Of a stretch of DNA of 64,000 nt, positions 42,512 through 51,980 are shown piece after piece. The stretch comes from Candidatus Omnitrophota bacterium (GTDB lineage: Bacteria; Omnitrophota; Omnitrophia; Omnitrophales; Aquincolibacteriaceae): assembly GCA_003140935.1 (NCBI GenBank), contig PLLJ01000041.1, forward strand, positions 12,212 through 76,211, in the 5' to 3' direction. The notes beneath the pieces are model-generated. The model worked only from the letters and a program-made list of their open reading frames with translations, was not told where the DNA came from and ran no database searches. A program made the position numbers and the translations under genes. Each line of letters begins with the position of its first letter. The stretch's first letter is position 1.

Positions 42512-43465
42512 TCAGTGCTTCTCGAACATAAGAAGCCTCTCGATCGGGACCACCCCTTTAATGTCCCCGGCTCGATCGGTCACAACGGCATAGGATTGGC
42601 GTTTTTTCTGGAGTGTCAGGAAAGCTTTCTCCAGGGAGGTGTCCTCCGAAATAAAAATGGGAGCTCGGAGAAAATCATGGAGCCCTTGAGCGTTCTCTTC
42701 CTCCCATAGGATATCGAAGACGTAGACCATCCCCATCACAATGGACGGTATTTCCTCGTAAACGAGCATCATTCGGACGTGGGTCTCACGTGCGATTTGT
42801 TTGACATCCTCGATCTTGCTGTGAATATCCACCATCGGCACCTTCCCCACCGGGATCATCACCGAGGAAACCTGAATCCGTTCAAAGTCAAGGATGGTGT
42901 GGATCAGTTTCTCTTCCTGAGGACCCACAATGCCTCTCTGGGTGCTTTCATCGATGAGTGAACGGAATTCCTCCTCATTGACGAAGATATCCCGGACCTC
43001 ACCCTGTTGAAAAGATGGCCAGAAAAAATTCAGCGCCTTGAAGAACAGGATGATGGGCCCATACAGAATCGCCTTGAGGACTTTCAGCCAGAATGTTTGC
43101 CCCAATAAGAAAGAAATCGCGTTCAAACGGCCGTAATCTTTGGGGACCATCTCCGCAAAAATGATCAAGATCGGGGCGATCGCCAGCATCACGGCCCATT
43201 CGCTGTTCCATCCGAAATATTCTTTAAAAATGTAAGTCGCGATCGAGATCGCCATGACATTCGCTGTGTTATTCCCGATCAGGATCGCGGTCAGGAAATA
43301 ATTGGGATGCTGATGAAGCTGCATGATGAATCTGGCTTTTTTATCTCCGGCATCGGCCATTTCGCGAAGCCTCAGTTTGTTCGCCGAAACAAAAGCCATC
43401 TCGGTCCCCGAAAAGAGCGCCGAAGCCACCAGAGACAAGAAAAACAGGGCGAGGAGGCCTATCAT
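42512..43465 (-). CDS. CNNM/HlyC/CorC-family membrane protein (DUF21 plus CBS pair, no CorC_HlyC domain)
   Basis: The N-terminal DUF21 TM region contains LFSGTEMAFVSANKLRL. A CBS pair follows. 317 aa. Confidence 0.8.
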   Translation of the reverse strand: MIGLLALFFLSLVASALFSGTEMAFVSANKLRLREMADAGDKKARFIMQLHQHPNYFLTAILIGNNTANVMAISIATYIFKEYFGWNSEWAVMLAIAPILIIFAEMVPKDYGRLNAISFLLGQTFWLKVLKAILYGPIILFFKALNFFWPSFQQGEVRDIFVNEEEFRSLIDESTQRGIVGPQEEKLIHTILDFERIQVSSVMIPVGKVPMVDIHSKIEDVKQIARETHVRMMLVYEEIPSIVMGMVYVFDILWEEENAQGLHDFLRAPIFISEDTSLEKAFLTLQKKRQSYAVVTDRAGDIKGVVPIERLLMFEKH

Positions 43466-44697
43466 GACTTCCTCCGGATCATGACCTGGTGGATACGCTG
43501 ACGGATCATATCCTGGATCACAAAATCGAATTGTTCCGTTTTTAAAACCGCACCTTTGGCGGGAACCACTCCCATTTTTTCAAAAAGATAGCCCCCCAGC
43601 GTCGTGGCCTCCTCCGCCATCAGATGCGAGGAGAAAAAATTATTGAACTCCGAAAGACTGATTTTTCCCTCCACTAAATAAAGATCTTCGCCCAAACGCC
43701 TGATAGGATTCTCGACCTTGGCATATTCATCGTAAAACTCTCCGAATATTTCCTCCAGAATATCTTCCTGCGTCACCACCCCGGCCGTCCCGCCGAACTC
43801 ATCCACGCAGATCGCGAAACGTTCATTTTTGCTTCGGAATGTTTCCAGAAGATCATCGATGCGTTTGCTTTCCGGCACAAAAAGCGGCTCCTGCATTACT
43901 TGCTTGACGTCGGGAAGCGGCTCCTGCAAAAGATAGTTCTGCGATTCAACAACTCCCAGAACATGATCGATCGAGCTCTGGAAAACCGGCAAACGCGTGA
44001 AGTGAAATTTCCGGATAAGCTCCTCATGCTTCTTTGAAGACTCCTCGATATCCAAGCCGATCAAATCCGTCCGCGGCGTCATGATGTCTTTGACCGGCCG
44101 TTCCCCCAGCTCCAAAAGCTTTTGGATCATATGACGTTCCTGTCCGCCCAAAATCCCCTCTTCTTCTCCGATCTTCACAAGCACCTTGAGTTCTTTTTCA
44201 GAGATCATGTCCGATTGATCGATCTTTTCATGAACAAGAAAGGACAAAATGTGATCGGTGGCAAAGCGCATCAAGATCCTGAAGGGAGCGAACAACACCG
44301 CGAAGAACTGGAGCGGCAGGGACACTAGCAAGGCCATTCTGATCCGAGACCGGACCGCCAGGATCTTGGGGAGCATCTCACAGAAAACAATAAGGAAAAT
44401 AGTAAAGGCTGTCATGATCATGCCGAGTCGCGCATGCCCAAAAACATTGAGAACAATCAGTGTCACCATGGCTGTCGCCAGTGAACTCACCGCCAAATTG
44501 CCGATCAGGACCGTCCCGAGAGTCTTGCGTGGCGTTTGTAGATTCTCAAAGATTAATTTTGAGAGATGCGGGTACTGTTCCTTAAGCTTGCGTTTATCCA
44601 ACTTGGAAAGTGAGAAAAGAGCCGTTTCGGACGCGGAAAAGAAAAAAGAAAGTATGAAGAGCGCTCCCAAAATAACCCAATCTAAAGTTGTGTTCAT
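43462..44697 (-). CDS. CNNM/HlyC/CorC-family membrane protein (DUF21, CBS pair, C-terminal CorC_HlyC domain)
   Basis: FSASETALFSLSKLDKRKL (DUF21), a CBS pair and a C-terminal transporter-associated domain. 411 aa. Paralog of the adjacent gene, overlapping it by 4 nt. Confidence 0.85.
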   Translation of the reverse strand: MNTTLDWVILGALFILSFFFSASETALFSLSKLDKRKLKEQYPHLSKLIFENLQTPRKTLGTVLIGNLAVSSLATAMVTLIVLNVFGHARLGMIMTAFTIFLIVFCEMLPKILAVRSRIRMALLVSLPLQFFAVLFAPFRILMRFATDHILSFLVHEKIDQSDMISEKELKVLVKIGEEEGILGGQERHMIQKLLELGERPVKDIMTPRTDLIGLDIEESSKKHEELIRKFHFTRLPVFQSSIDHVLGVVESQNYLLQEPLPDVKQVMQEPLFVPESKRIDDLLETFRSKNERFAICVDEFGGTAGVVTQEDILEEIFGEFYDEYAKVENPIRRLGEDLYLVEGKISLSEFNNFFSSHLMAEEATTLGGYLFEKMGVVPAKGAVLKTEQFDFVIQDMIRQRIHQVMIRRKS

Positions 44698-44700
44698 GTT

Positions 44701-45279
44701 CTAGTTTTTCCGGTAGAGCGCACGCGCGTGAATGAACTGAAGAACCTTCGGAGGCATGTGCTCATCCACATTCCTTCCTTGTTGGATAGCCTCACGGATC
44801 CCGGAGGCAGAGATCGGACATAAAGGCATCTGAATCCGTTCGACACGAGCGCCTTCGAATGCGCAAATTTCACCGGCACCCCGCTTCGCTACAAGGAACT
44901 GGACCTTTTTCTTGAGTTCAGCGACGCGATGCCAGGTATCGATCCCTTCGAACGCGTCTTTCCCAAGGATCAAAAAAAATGTGCCGTTGGGATATTTTTT
45001 TTGAAATTCATCAAGAGTATCACAGGTATAGGAAATGCCCTTTCTCACGAGTTCGCAATCCGAAGCCTCAAGGAAAGGTTCGCCTTGGAGGGCTAGACGG
45101 ACCATTTCGTAGCGATCCGCGGCAGATGCGCGAGAAAGAAATTCCTGTTTATGGGGAGGCTGATAGGCTGGAACAAAAATGACTTTATCGAGCGAGAATT
45201 GAGCCAGGGCATTTTGAGCAAGCTGTAAATGCCCGCGGTGGATAGGATCGAAAGTCCCTCCCAAAATACCGATCTTCAT
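44701..45279 (-). CDS. nadD: Nicotinate-nucleotide adenylyltransferase
   Basis: MKIGILGGTFDPIHRGHL is the (H/T)xGH nucleotidyltransferase motif. 192 aa. Confidence 0.9.
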   Translation of the reverse strand: MKIGILGGTFDPIHRGHLQLAQNALAQFSLDKVIFVPAYQPPHKQEFLSRASAADRYEMVRLALQGEPFLEASDCELVRKGISYTCDTLDEFQKKYPNGTFFLILGKDAFEGIDTWHRVAELKKKVQFLVAKRGAGEICAFEGARVERIQMPLCPISASGIREAIQQGRNVDEHMPPKVLQFIHARALYRKN

Positions 45280-45294
45280 GCGGAAAGACCGCTT

Positions 45295-46551
45295 TTAAGA
45301 GCGTATATGGCCATTCCCTTCCACGATGTATTTGTATGACGTGAGCCCCTCCAACCCCATCGGACCTCGGGCATGAATCTTGTCGGTCGAAATACCGATC
45401 TCCGCACCGAACCCATACTCGAATCCGTCGGAAAAACGGGTCGAGGCATTGACCATCACGGACGAAGAATCAACTTTTGTCTGAAAGATTTTGGCCGCAT
45501 TTTTGTCTTGGGTCACGATCGCGTCCGTATGATGGGAACCATAAGTTTCAATATGTCGGATCGCTTCCTCCAGATCCTTGACGACACGTACTGCGAGGAT
45601 CTTTTCCAGGAATTCATGCCCGAAGTCGGCCGCCTTCGCGCGCTTCGCCCAGGGGATCAGGTGGCAGGTCACGCTATCACCACGGACCTCGCACCCTCCT
45701 TTTCTCAGAAGATCGCCGACGATCGGTAAGAATTTCCCGGTGATGCTTTGATGCACCAAAAGAGTCTCCATCGCATTACAAACCCCCGGACGCTGCAGCT
45801 TGGCATTCAGCGTGATCGCAACGGCTTTCTTGAGATCCGCTTTTTTATCGACATAGACATGGCAGATCCCTTGATAGTGTTTGATCACTGGAACACGCGA
45901 CTTTTCCACGACCCGCCGGATCAGTTTTTCCCCGCCGCGCGGGATCACGAGATCAATCCGGCCCTCCTGCGCCAGAAGAAAATCAAGGGCGGCATAATCG
46001 GTTGTTGTCACAAGATTCACGTGGAAAGGTGAAAGACCGTATCGTTTGAGAGACTCTTTGAAGATCGACACGAGCGCACGATTAGAAGCCATCGCCTCAC
46101 GTCCGCCGCGAAGGACCGCCACATTCGAACTTTTAAGACAAAGCGCCGCGCATTCCACAGTCACATTCGGACGGGACTCATAGATCATCAGGATAACACC
46201 AAGCGGAACGGTCACTTTTTGGAGCCTGAGACCGTTTGGTCTCGTCCACCGCGCTTGCACGCGACCGATCGGATCTTTGAGACGAGCCACAGCACGAACG
46301 CCTGCCGCCATGGCCCTGACACGCCCTTCATTGAGCGTCAATCGATCGATCATGGCGGAAGAAAGCCCACACTCTTTGGCCCTCCTAAGATCTTTATGGT
46401 TCTCGGCCACAAGCCATTTCGCCTTTTTTGCGATCCGAGAAGCAATATCAAAAAGTAGCTTTTTCTTAAAAACCGGGGGTTCTTGTCCGGCATGAGATGC
46501 CGCCTGTCGGGCACCCACCAGCACTCCCTCCAATTCGCGTTTCCAATTCAT
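45295..46551 (-). CDS. proA: Gamma-glutamyl phosphate reductase
   Basis: 418-aa aldehyde dehydrogenase-fold protein immediately downstream of proB, with 4-nt overlap. Confidence 0.9.
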   Translation of the reverse strand: MNWKRELEGVLVGARQAASHAGQEPPVFKKKLLFDIASRIAKKAKWLVAENHKDLRRAKECGLSSAMIDRLTLNEGRVRAMAAGVRAVARLKDPIGRVQARWTRPNGLRLQKVTVPLGVILMIYESRPNVTVECAALCLKSSNVAVLRGGREAMASNRALVSIFKESLKRYGLSPFHVNLVTTTDYAALDFLLAQEGRIDLVIPRGGEKLIRRVVEKSRVPVIKHYQGICHVYVDKKADLKKAVAITLNAKLQRPGVCNAMETLLVHQSITGKFLPIVGDLLRKGGCEVRGDSVTCHLIPWAKRAKAADFGHEFLEKILAVRVVKDLEEAIRHIETYGSHHTDAIVTQDKNAAKIFQTKVDSSSVMVNASTRFSDGFEYGFGAEIGISTDKIHARGPMGLEGLTSYKYIVEGNGHIRS

Positions 46552-47687
46552 CGTTCGCTCCAGATCACAAGATCGTTGCGATGGATCACCTCATCACATG
46601 ACTTTCTGCCCAAGATCGCTTGAATTTCACCGGTCCGTTTGCCCGCAATACGGCTAAGATCACGGTTATTGTAGCGCACCACTCCGCGGCCAAAGATCTT
46701 TCCGTCCGGCATCTCGAGTTCCACGACCCGCCCTGCCTCGAAATTCCCCTGGACCTTCACGATTCCTCCGGGCAACAAACTCTTTTTCGCAAGTAACGCC
46801 TGATAAGCCCCGCCGTCGACTACGATACTGCCGCTCCGGACCGCTGAGAATGCGATCCACTTGCATCTCATGTTCTTTTTGACGCCGGAGGTGATAAATA
46901 AAGTCCCGACATCTTTCCCGTCAACGATCTCTTGAAGAACATGCGGCCGGTGGCCATTCACGATCAGGAAAGGGATCCCGAGACGCATTGCCACCTGCGC
47001 AGCTTTAAGCTTTGCACGCATCCCGCCAACGGTCTCTTCCCTTTTTTGATCTGCCAAATGCAACATAAGTTTATTGTCGATCTCATCTTCGGAAGTGACC
47101 TCCCGCACGCGCGTTCCGTCCTTCAGGAGAAACCCTTCCGCATCCGAAAGATTGATCAGGAGGTCCGCGCCCACGAGTTGTGCCACATGGACAGAAAGAA
47201 TGTCGTTGTCCCCAAAAGCGATCTCCTCGACGGCCACGGTATCGTTCTCGTTAACAATCGGAAGAATATTGAGCTTTAAAAGTGTTTCGAGGGTATTGCG
47301 AGCGCAGAGAAACCTCTTGCGATCCTCAAGCCCGTCGCGTGTTAAAAGTAGCTGAGCCGTGTGCACCTTTTTCTTAGCAAAAAAGCTCTCATAGGCATGC
47401 ATGAGCTTCCCCTGCCCGATGGCAGCACAAGCCTGAAGTTCAGCCATGGCTTTCGGTCGCTTTTTAAAGCCGCAACTTTTCATCCCAAGGGCAATCGCAC
47501 CGGAACTCACTAAGACCGGCCGCCGGCCTTTCTTGATGAGGGCATAGATCTCTTGGCAGACACGGGCATGTTCATTATCGGAAAAACTTTCCCCGCGGGT
47601 TTTGAGGATACTCGTGCCGATCTTGATAACGATTTTTTGAGCGTGCTGGAGGCGATCAGACATGGTCTTCGTTCTCGATCCTCTCAT
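46548..47687 (-). CDS. proB: Glutamate 5-kinase
   Basis: An amino-acid kinase domain (KIVIKIGTSIL) plus a C-terminal PUA domain. 379 aa. Confidence 0.9.
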   Translation of the reverse strand: MRGSRTKTMSDRLQHAQKIVIKIGTSILKTRGESFSDNEHARVCQEIYALIKKGRRPVLVSSGAIALGMKSCGFKKRPKAMAELQACAAIGQGKLMHAYESFFAKKKVHTAQLLLTRDGLEDRKRFLCARNTLETLLKLNILPIVNENDTVAVEEIAFGDNDILSVHVAQLVGADLLINLSDAEGFLLKDGTRVREVTSEDEIDNKLMLHLADQKREETVGGMRAKLKAAQVAMRLGIPFLIVNGHRPHVLQEIVDGKDVGTLFITSGVKKNMRCKWIAFSAVRSGSIVVDGGAYQALLAKKSLLPGGIVKVQGNFEAGRVVELEMPDGKIFGRGVVRYNNRDLSRIAGKRTGEIQAILGRKSCDEVIHRNDLVIWSER

Positions 47688-48627
47688 GGATGAACTTCAT
47701 AAGAGATTCTACCCCTTCTCCGGTTTTCACTGAAATCAAAAAATAGATCTGTCCCGAGCTCTGGAGTTCCTCCTGGATCTTCCCGATATCGTGCCCCAGA
47801 TCGATTTTATTGACCACGACCACGCTCGGGATCTGCCGGTAGGCTGCATCATGCTCATAAACGATCCTTTGCAGGACGCTCAAACCTTCGATGGCAGTTG
47901 AGGAAAATTTCAGGGTCGCGTCGATCATGAATACGATCAGCTTGGCACGTGCCAAGTGTCTTAAAAAGTCGGTCCCCAACCCTCTCCCGTCCGTAGAACC
48001 TTCAAAAATGGACGGCAGCTCGCAGAAATTGATCTGTTTATAGTCATCGTAAGGATGAACGCCCAACACCGGACTGCGCGTCGCGAAGGGATAATCCTTA
48101 CCTTCCACGGGAGCACGCGTCAAAAGATGCAGTAAGGAGGATTTTCCGGAACTGGGGAGCCCCACGAGAAAGACGTCTGCCATGATTCGGAATTCCACAT
48201 CGATCTCGAGTTTTTCGCCTTCTTCACCGGGAGTCGCCGTCTTGTCGCCGATATTCCCGGACCCACCCCGGCCCCCGCGAGCCACGATCACTTCCTCACC
48301 CTCGAGATAAAGATCCCGGATCGCAAGATGATTTTCTCGGCGATAGATCGAAGTCCCGATGGGAACCAACACAATCAGGTCCGCTCCTTTGCTTCCACGT
48401 TTGTTATCACTGCTACCGTGTTCTCCGGACTGGGCGTCCAAATGCTGCTTCAACCGGAGACGATCAAGACCCGGAGCGTTATGCGAAGCGCGAAAGATCA
48501 CACTCCCGCCGTCGCCGCCGTCGGCGCCGTTAGGCACTTTCTTGTGATCCTTGCGGTGGTTATAACTTTCACAGCCTTTGCCGCCACGCCCGCCCTGGAT
48601 TTTTAGATGAATTTTATCCACTAACAT
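47656..48627 (-). CDS. obg: GTPase Obg/CgtA
   Basis: The N-terminal Obg fold (MLVDKIHLKIQGGRGGKGCESYNHRK...GGDGGSVIF) is followed by a GTPase domain carrying GLPSSGKSSL and DxxG motifs. Confidence 0.9.
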   Translation of the reverse strand: MLVDKIHLKIQGGRGGKGCESYNHRKDHKKVPNGADGGDGGSVIFRASHNAPGLDRLRLKQHLDAQSGEHGSSDNKRGSKGADLIVLVPIGTSIYRRENHLAIRDLYLEGEEVIVARGGRGGSGNIGDKTATPGEEGEKLEIDVEFRIMADVFLVGLPSSGKSSLLHLLTRAPVEGKDYPFATRSPVLGVHPYDDYKQINFCELPSIFEGSTDGRGLGTDFLRHLARAKLIVFMIDATLKFSSTAIEGLSVLQRIVYEHDAAYRQIPSVVVVNKIDLGHDIGKIQEELQSSGQIYFLISVKTGEGVESLMKFIHERIENEDHV

Positions 48628-48703
48628 AGAAGTCCTTTAAAATAGAAAAGGCCAAAAAGCTTAGGACCGCTTTTTAGCCTTTTCGAACTTGATTGGAATT
48701 GGA

Positions 48704-48946
48704 TTAACTCGGAATGATATGGACAGATCGGTTCGCCCGGAACTCCACGATCCCAGCTCGCTTTGCGAAAAGAGTGTAGTCGGTGCCGATCCCGACAAAA
48801 TTCCCAGGATGGTACCGGGTCCCACGCTGACGGACAATAATACTGCCTGCGGTGACCTTCTGCCCACCATAGGCTTTTACGCCTAAGCGTTTGGAATTGG
48901 AATCTCTTCCGTTTGTTGTACTGCCCTGACTTTTTGTATGTGCCAT
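48704..48946 (-). CDS. rpmA: 50S ribosomal protein L27
   Basis: [24 protein letters not shown]... is canonical for L27. Confidence 0.95.
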   Translation of the reverse strand: MAHTKSQGSTTNGRDSNSKRLGVKAYGGQKVTAGSIIVRQRGTRYHPGNFVGIGTDYTLFAKRAGIVEFRANRSVHIIPS

Positions 48947-48967
48947 GTTTTCCTCTGAGAAATATGA

Positions 48968-49291
48968 TTAGCTGACTTTAATCTCTTTGACAAGCAACTT
49001 GAGCAGATCCTGCCGATGCCCTTGTTTACGCCGGGATGACTTTCGCTTGCGCATCCGGTAATGAACCAACTTGGGGCCCCGAAACTCCCCGAGATTTTCA
49101 CAAACGACCTTGGCCCCTGCGATCACCGGAGTCCCAACCTTCACTTGGCCTCCGTCCTGAACGAGCATCACCTGGTCTAAAATCACCTCTTTTTGGCCCT
49201 CGGCCACATCCATCAACTCAACTTCGATCACCTGCTGGGGTGCTACCCAATACTGCTTGGAACCCGTCTCAACAATGGCATACTTTTCCAT
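48968..49291 (-). CDS. rplU: 50S ribosomal protein L21
   Basis: MEKYAIVETGSKQYWV... is canonical for L21. It is the first gene of the rplU-rpmA-obg array. Confidence 0.9.
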   Translation of the reverse strand: MEKYAIVETGSKQYWVAPQQVIEVELMDVAEGQKEVILDQVMLVQDGGQVKVGTPVIAGAKVVCENLGEFRGPKLVHYRMRKRKSSRRKQGHRQDLLKLLVKEIKVS

Positions 49292-49432
49292 GAAATGACT
49301 CCTTTGACTGTAAGAGAGCGCATATCTTATGGGAATTCACCAGGCCTGTCAATCCTTTTTAAAAACGCTTAACTTATTGGGACATAAAGGGTTAGATAAT
49401 TTTTGGCGAGTGTGTCAAAAATCCTGGACCGA

Positions 49433-50260
49433 TTAAGCAACCCCTTTTTTCAAATCGTTCAGCGACCAATCGAAGGCGGGATATTCGATCTTGTAGTTGG
49501 CTTCTTGCAGATAGGCTTCTTTAGCCTCATCCTCGAGATAATACGCCAAAAAAGAGAGTACCGCGTTATCGTCCGCGGAAAACTTGCCGCGAGGTTCCGG
49601 GGTCCCGAAATTTAGTTTAAAATCCTTTCCATACCATTTGAAGATCTTCGAAATCCTGATCTTTTTCCGACCCGGGGTAATATCTACATAGACCGGATCT
49701 GTCACGAATTTCCTCGTTAAGAGAAAAAGCTGCCCCTCCACCTTGGGGCCCGTGAATGCCTCACGCATCAACTTGGGACCGCCCCGGGCCGCCATAGAAA
49801 GCGCCAGATGGAGCTTCTCGTCACGATAGACCCCGATCAGATTGTTCAACCGGATATCGTTTAGACTGTACTGTCTTTGATTCATAATTTTCTTGCCGAA
49901 ATGAAATGATGCGATATCCCAAAAACTCGGGATTTTTTGAACGGAAGTCACGGGATAATTCTCGACCACGAGATTGATCAATAAAGCGTGATACACATTG
50001 ATCCAGAACGCCAAAGTCTCTTCCCGCGGCCACGATGCCAGTTCCCTTTCGTCCACCGCCATCAAAACCGCCAGAGAATCATTCAGCTCCTTCGGATCCT
50101 TCTTGATCGATTGATAATCTACCTCGCCCCTTTCGTTCACATTTTTTTTGAGGAAGGCATCCCATGCTGAATAATCAAAAGCTGTCGCCGCGTGAAGCCC
50201 TGTGGGAAAAATTAAAAGCAGGAAAAAAACTGTGAGGAATATTTTTTTTTGAAGCGTCAT
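49433..50260 (-). CDS. Secreted DUF547-domain protein
   Basis: Signal peptide MTLQKKIFLTVFFLLLIFPTGLHA. The DUF547 core FWINVYHALLINLVV is present. Confidence 0.7.
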   Translation of the reverse strand: MTLQKKIFLTVFFLLLIFPTGLHAATAFDYSAWDAFLKKNVNERGEVDYQSIKKDPKELNDSLAVLMAVDERELASWPREETLAFWINVYHALLINLVVENYPVTSVQKIPSFWDIASFHFGKKIMNQRQYSLNDIRLNNLIGVYRDEKLHLALSMAARGGPKLMREAFTGPKVEGQLFLLTRKFVTDPVYVDITPGRKKIRISKIFKWYGKDFKLNFGTPEPRGKFSADDNAVLSFLAYYLEDEAKEAYLQEANYKIEYPAFDWSLNDLKKGVA

Positions 50261-50272
50261 GAGTCCATAACC

Positions 50273-50602
50273 CTAGAAACGGATGCCATGCTGCTTAAGG
50301 AAAACCTGATCATCATCGTTAAGTTCGCATTTAAGCTCTCCCGACCTAAGGTATTCGCCCATAACCCCTTCTTCGAACATTCCTTCGATCTCGTCGAGAT
50401 CTTCCGGAGAAAGCGGCGACATGTTCAGGAAAAAAATATTTACGTCCGGGCTCTTGTCTTTCATATCTTTAAAGAATTTCAATATCTCCGTGGGGCTCTT
50501 CCCCTCCATCGGATATTGGCTCATGATCTTTTTCAGTAGGTGCATCAGCTGTTTCATGTTCTGCTCAAATTCTTTGTCGAAACTCATAGGCACTCCCTTC
50601 AA
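50273..50602 (-). CDS. Hypothetical acidic protein (109 aa)
   Basis: Track ORF with no recognisable domain. It lies 12 nt downstream of the DUF547 gene on the same strand. Confidence 0.4.
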   Translation of the reverse strand: MKGVPMSFDKEFEQNMKQLMHLLKKIMSQYPMEGKSPTEILKFFKDMKDKSPDVNIFFLNMSPLSPEDLDEIEGMFEEGVMGEYLRSGELKCELNDDDQVFLKQHGIRF

Positions 50603-50625
50603 ATAAAATGATAAGAACGCTCGAT

Positions 50626-51552
50626 CTAATTATGGTCGTTTAAAAAATCCTGGGCAGCCAAGGCCGCAGCGCAACCTTCGCCACAAGCCGAAACCAACTG
50701 CCGTACTGCCCCTTTGCGCACTTCCCCCGCTGCGAAAACTCCAGGCACGGAAGTTGCAAGTGAGTCATCGGTCACGATGTATCCTTTTTCATCCAGAGTC
50801 ACAAAATCTTTTAGAAAGCCGCTATTGGGATCGTGCCCGATAAATACAAAAACACCGTCTACCAAGATCTTTTGCATCTCACCTGTTTTCACATTTTTCA
50901 AAAGAACGGCTTCCACTTTCCGGCTGCCTTCAATTCTATCAACAACGGTATCCCAAATAAAGCTTATCTTGGGATTCGCTTTGGCGCGTTCTTGAAGAAT
51001 CGGACTCGCACGCAATTTGTCGCGGCGATGAACGATGATCACACGCTCGGCAAACCGCGTCAAAAAAACCCCCTCCTGAAGTGCGGAATCTCCACCCCCA
51101 ACCGCGATGATCTTTTTGCCTTTAAAGAAGGCCCCATCGCAGGTTGCGCAATAAGAAACACCCTTGCCTGTGAGTTCCTTTTCGTTGGGAACCCCGATCA
51201 TGCGAAACGAGGCGCCCATCGCAAGGATAACGGCCCGCGCGACGTAACTTGCTTCAGCGCTTGCAACTTCAAAAACATTCCCTTTCCGCGAAAGATTTTT
51301 TACTTCTTCGTAAATAATTTGAGTGCCGTATCGGATAGCTTGGGCTTCCATTCTCTGGGCAATCTCGGATCCCAGGATACCTTCCGTAAAACCGGGATAA
51401 TTCTCCACCAAATCGGTGGAGGCAATTTGCCCTCCCGAAACAAGTTTTTCAAAAAGTACCGTGGAAAGTTTGGCGCGTGAGGCATAGAGGGCGGCGGTCA
51501 ACCCTGCTCCGCCGCCACCGATAATCATCACATCATGGATCTTTTTTTCCAT
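50626..51552 (-). CDS. trxB: Thioredoxin reductase
   Basis: FAD-binding motif GGGGAG (IIGGGGAGLTAA), the redox-active CATCDG, and the NADPH-binding motif GGGDSA. Confidence 0.9.
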   Translation of the reverse strand: MEKKIHDVMIIGGGGAGLTAALYASRAKLSTVLFEKLVSGGQIASTDLVENYPGFTEGILGSEIAQRMEAQAIRYGTQIIYEEVKNLSRKGNVFEVASAEASYVARAVILAMGASFRMIGVPNEKELTGKGVSYCATCDGAFFKGKKIIAVGGGDSALQEGVFLTRFAERVIIVHRRDKLRASPILQERAKANPKISFIWDTVVDRIEGSRKVEAVLLKNVKTGEMQKILVDGVFVFIGHDPNSGFLKDFVTLDEKGYIVTDDSLATSVPGVFAAGEVRKGAVRQLVSACGEGCAAALAAQDFLNDHN

Positions 51553-51554
51553 AC

Positions 51555-51980
51555 CTAGACCTCGTAAACGCTCGCCGTTTTCAATATCTCTTCATCTGCA
51601 AAAACAGGCACCTGCGCGCGTAACGCGATCGCCACACTATCGGAAGGCCGGGAATCGATCACCACCTCTTGACCATTTTCCTTGAGGATATACAGTTTGG
51701 CATGAAAGGTATTGTTTTCTAGCTTGTCGATCACGACCTTCTGAAGTTTGCCGCCAAGCTCCTGGACGATCTTGAGCATCAGATCATGAGTCATCGGTCG
51801 CGGCGGTTTGACGTTGCCCAATTTCAATTTGATGGCATGGATCTCCGGCAACCCGATCACCACGGGAAGAAACCGTTTCCCGTCTTTTTCCCGGAAAACC
51901 ACGAGTTGCTCATGCCGGTTCTCATCGACCTTGATCTTGCTCAAGACCATTTCAATCATCGATGGCCTCGGGACGGACAT
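51555..51980 (-). CDS. Bifunctional nuclease (BFN/DUF151) domain protein
   Basis: 141 aa. The DUF151 pattern ...LPVVIGLPEIHAIKLKL...RPMTHDLM... is present. Confidence 0.7.
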   Translation of the reverse strand: MSVPRPSMIEMVLSKIKVDENRHEQLVVFREKDGKRFLPVVIGLPEIHAIKLKLGNVKPPRPMTHDLMLKIVQELGGKLQKVVIDKLENNTFHAKLYILKENGQEVVIDSRPSDSVAIALRAQVPVFADEEILKTASVYEV

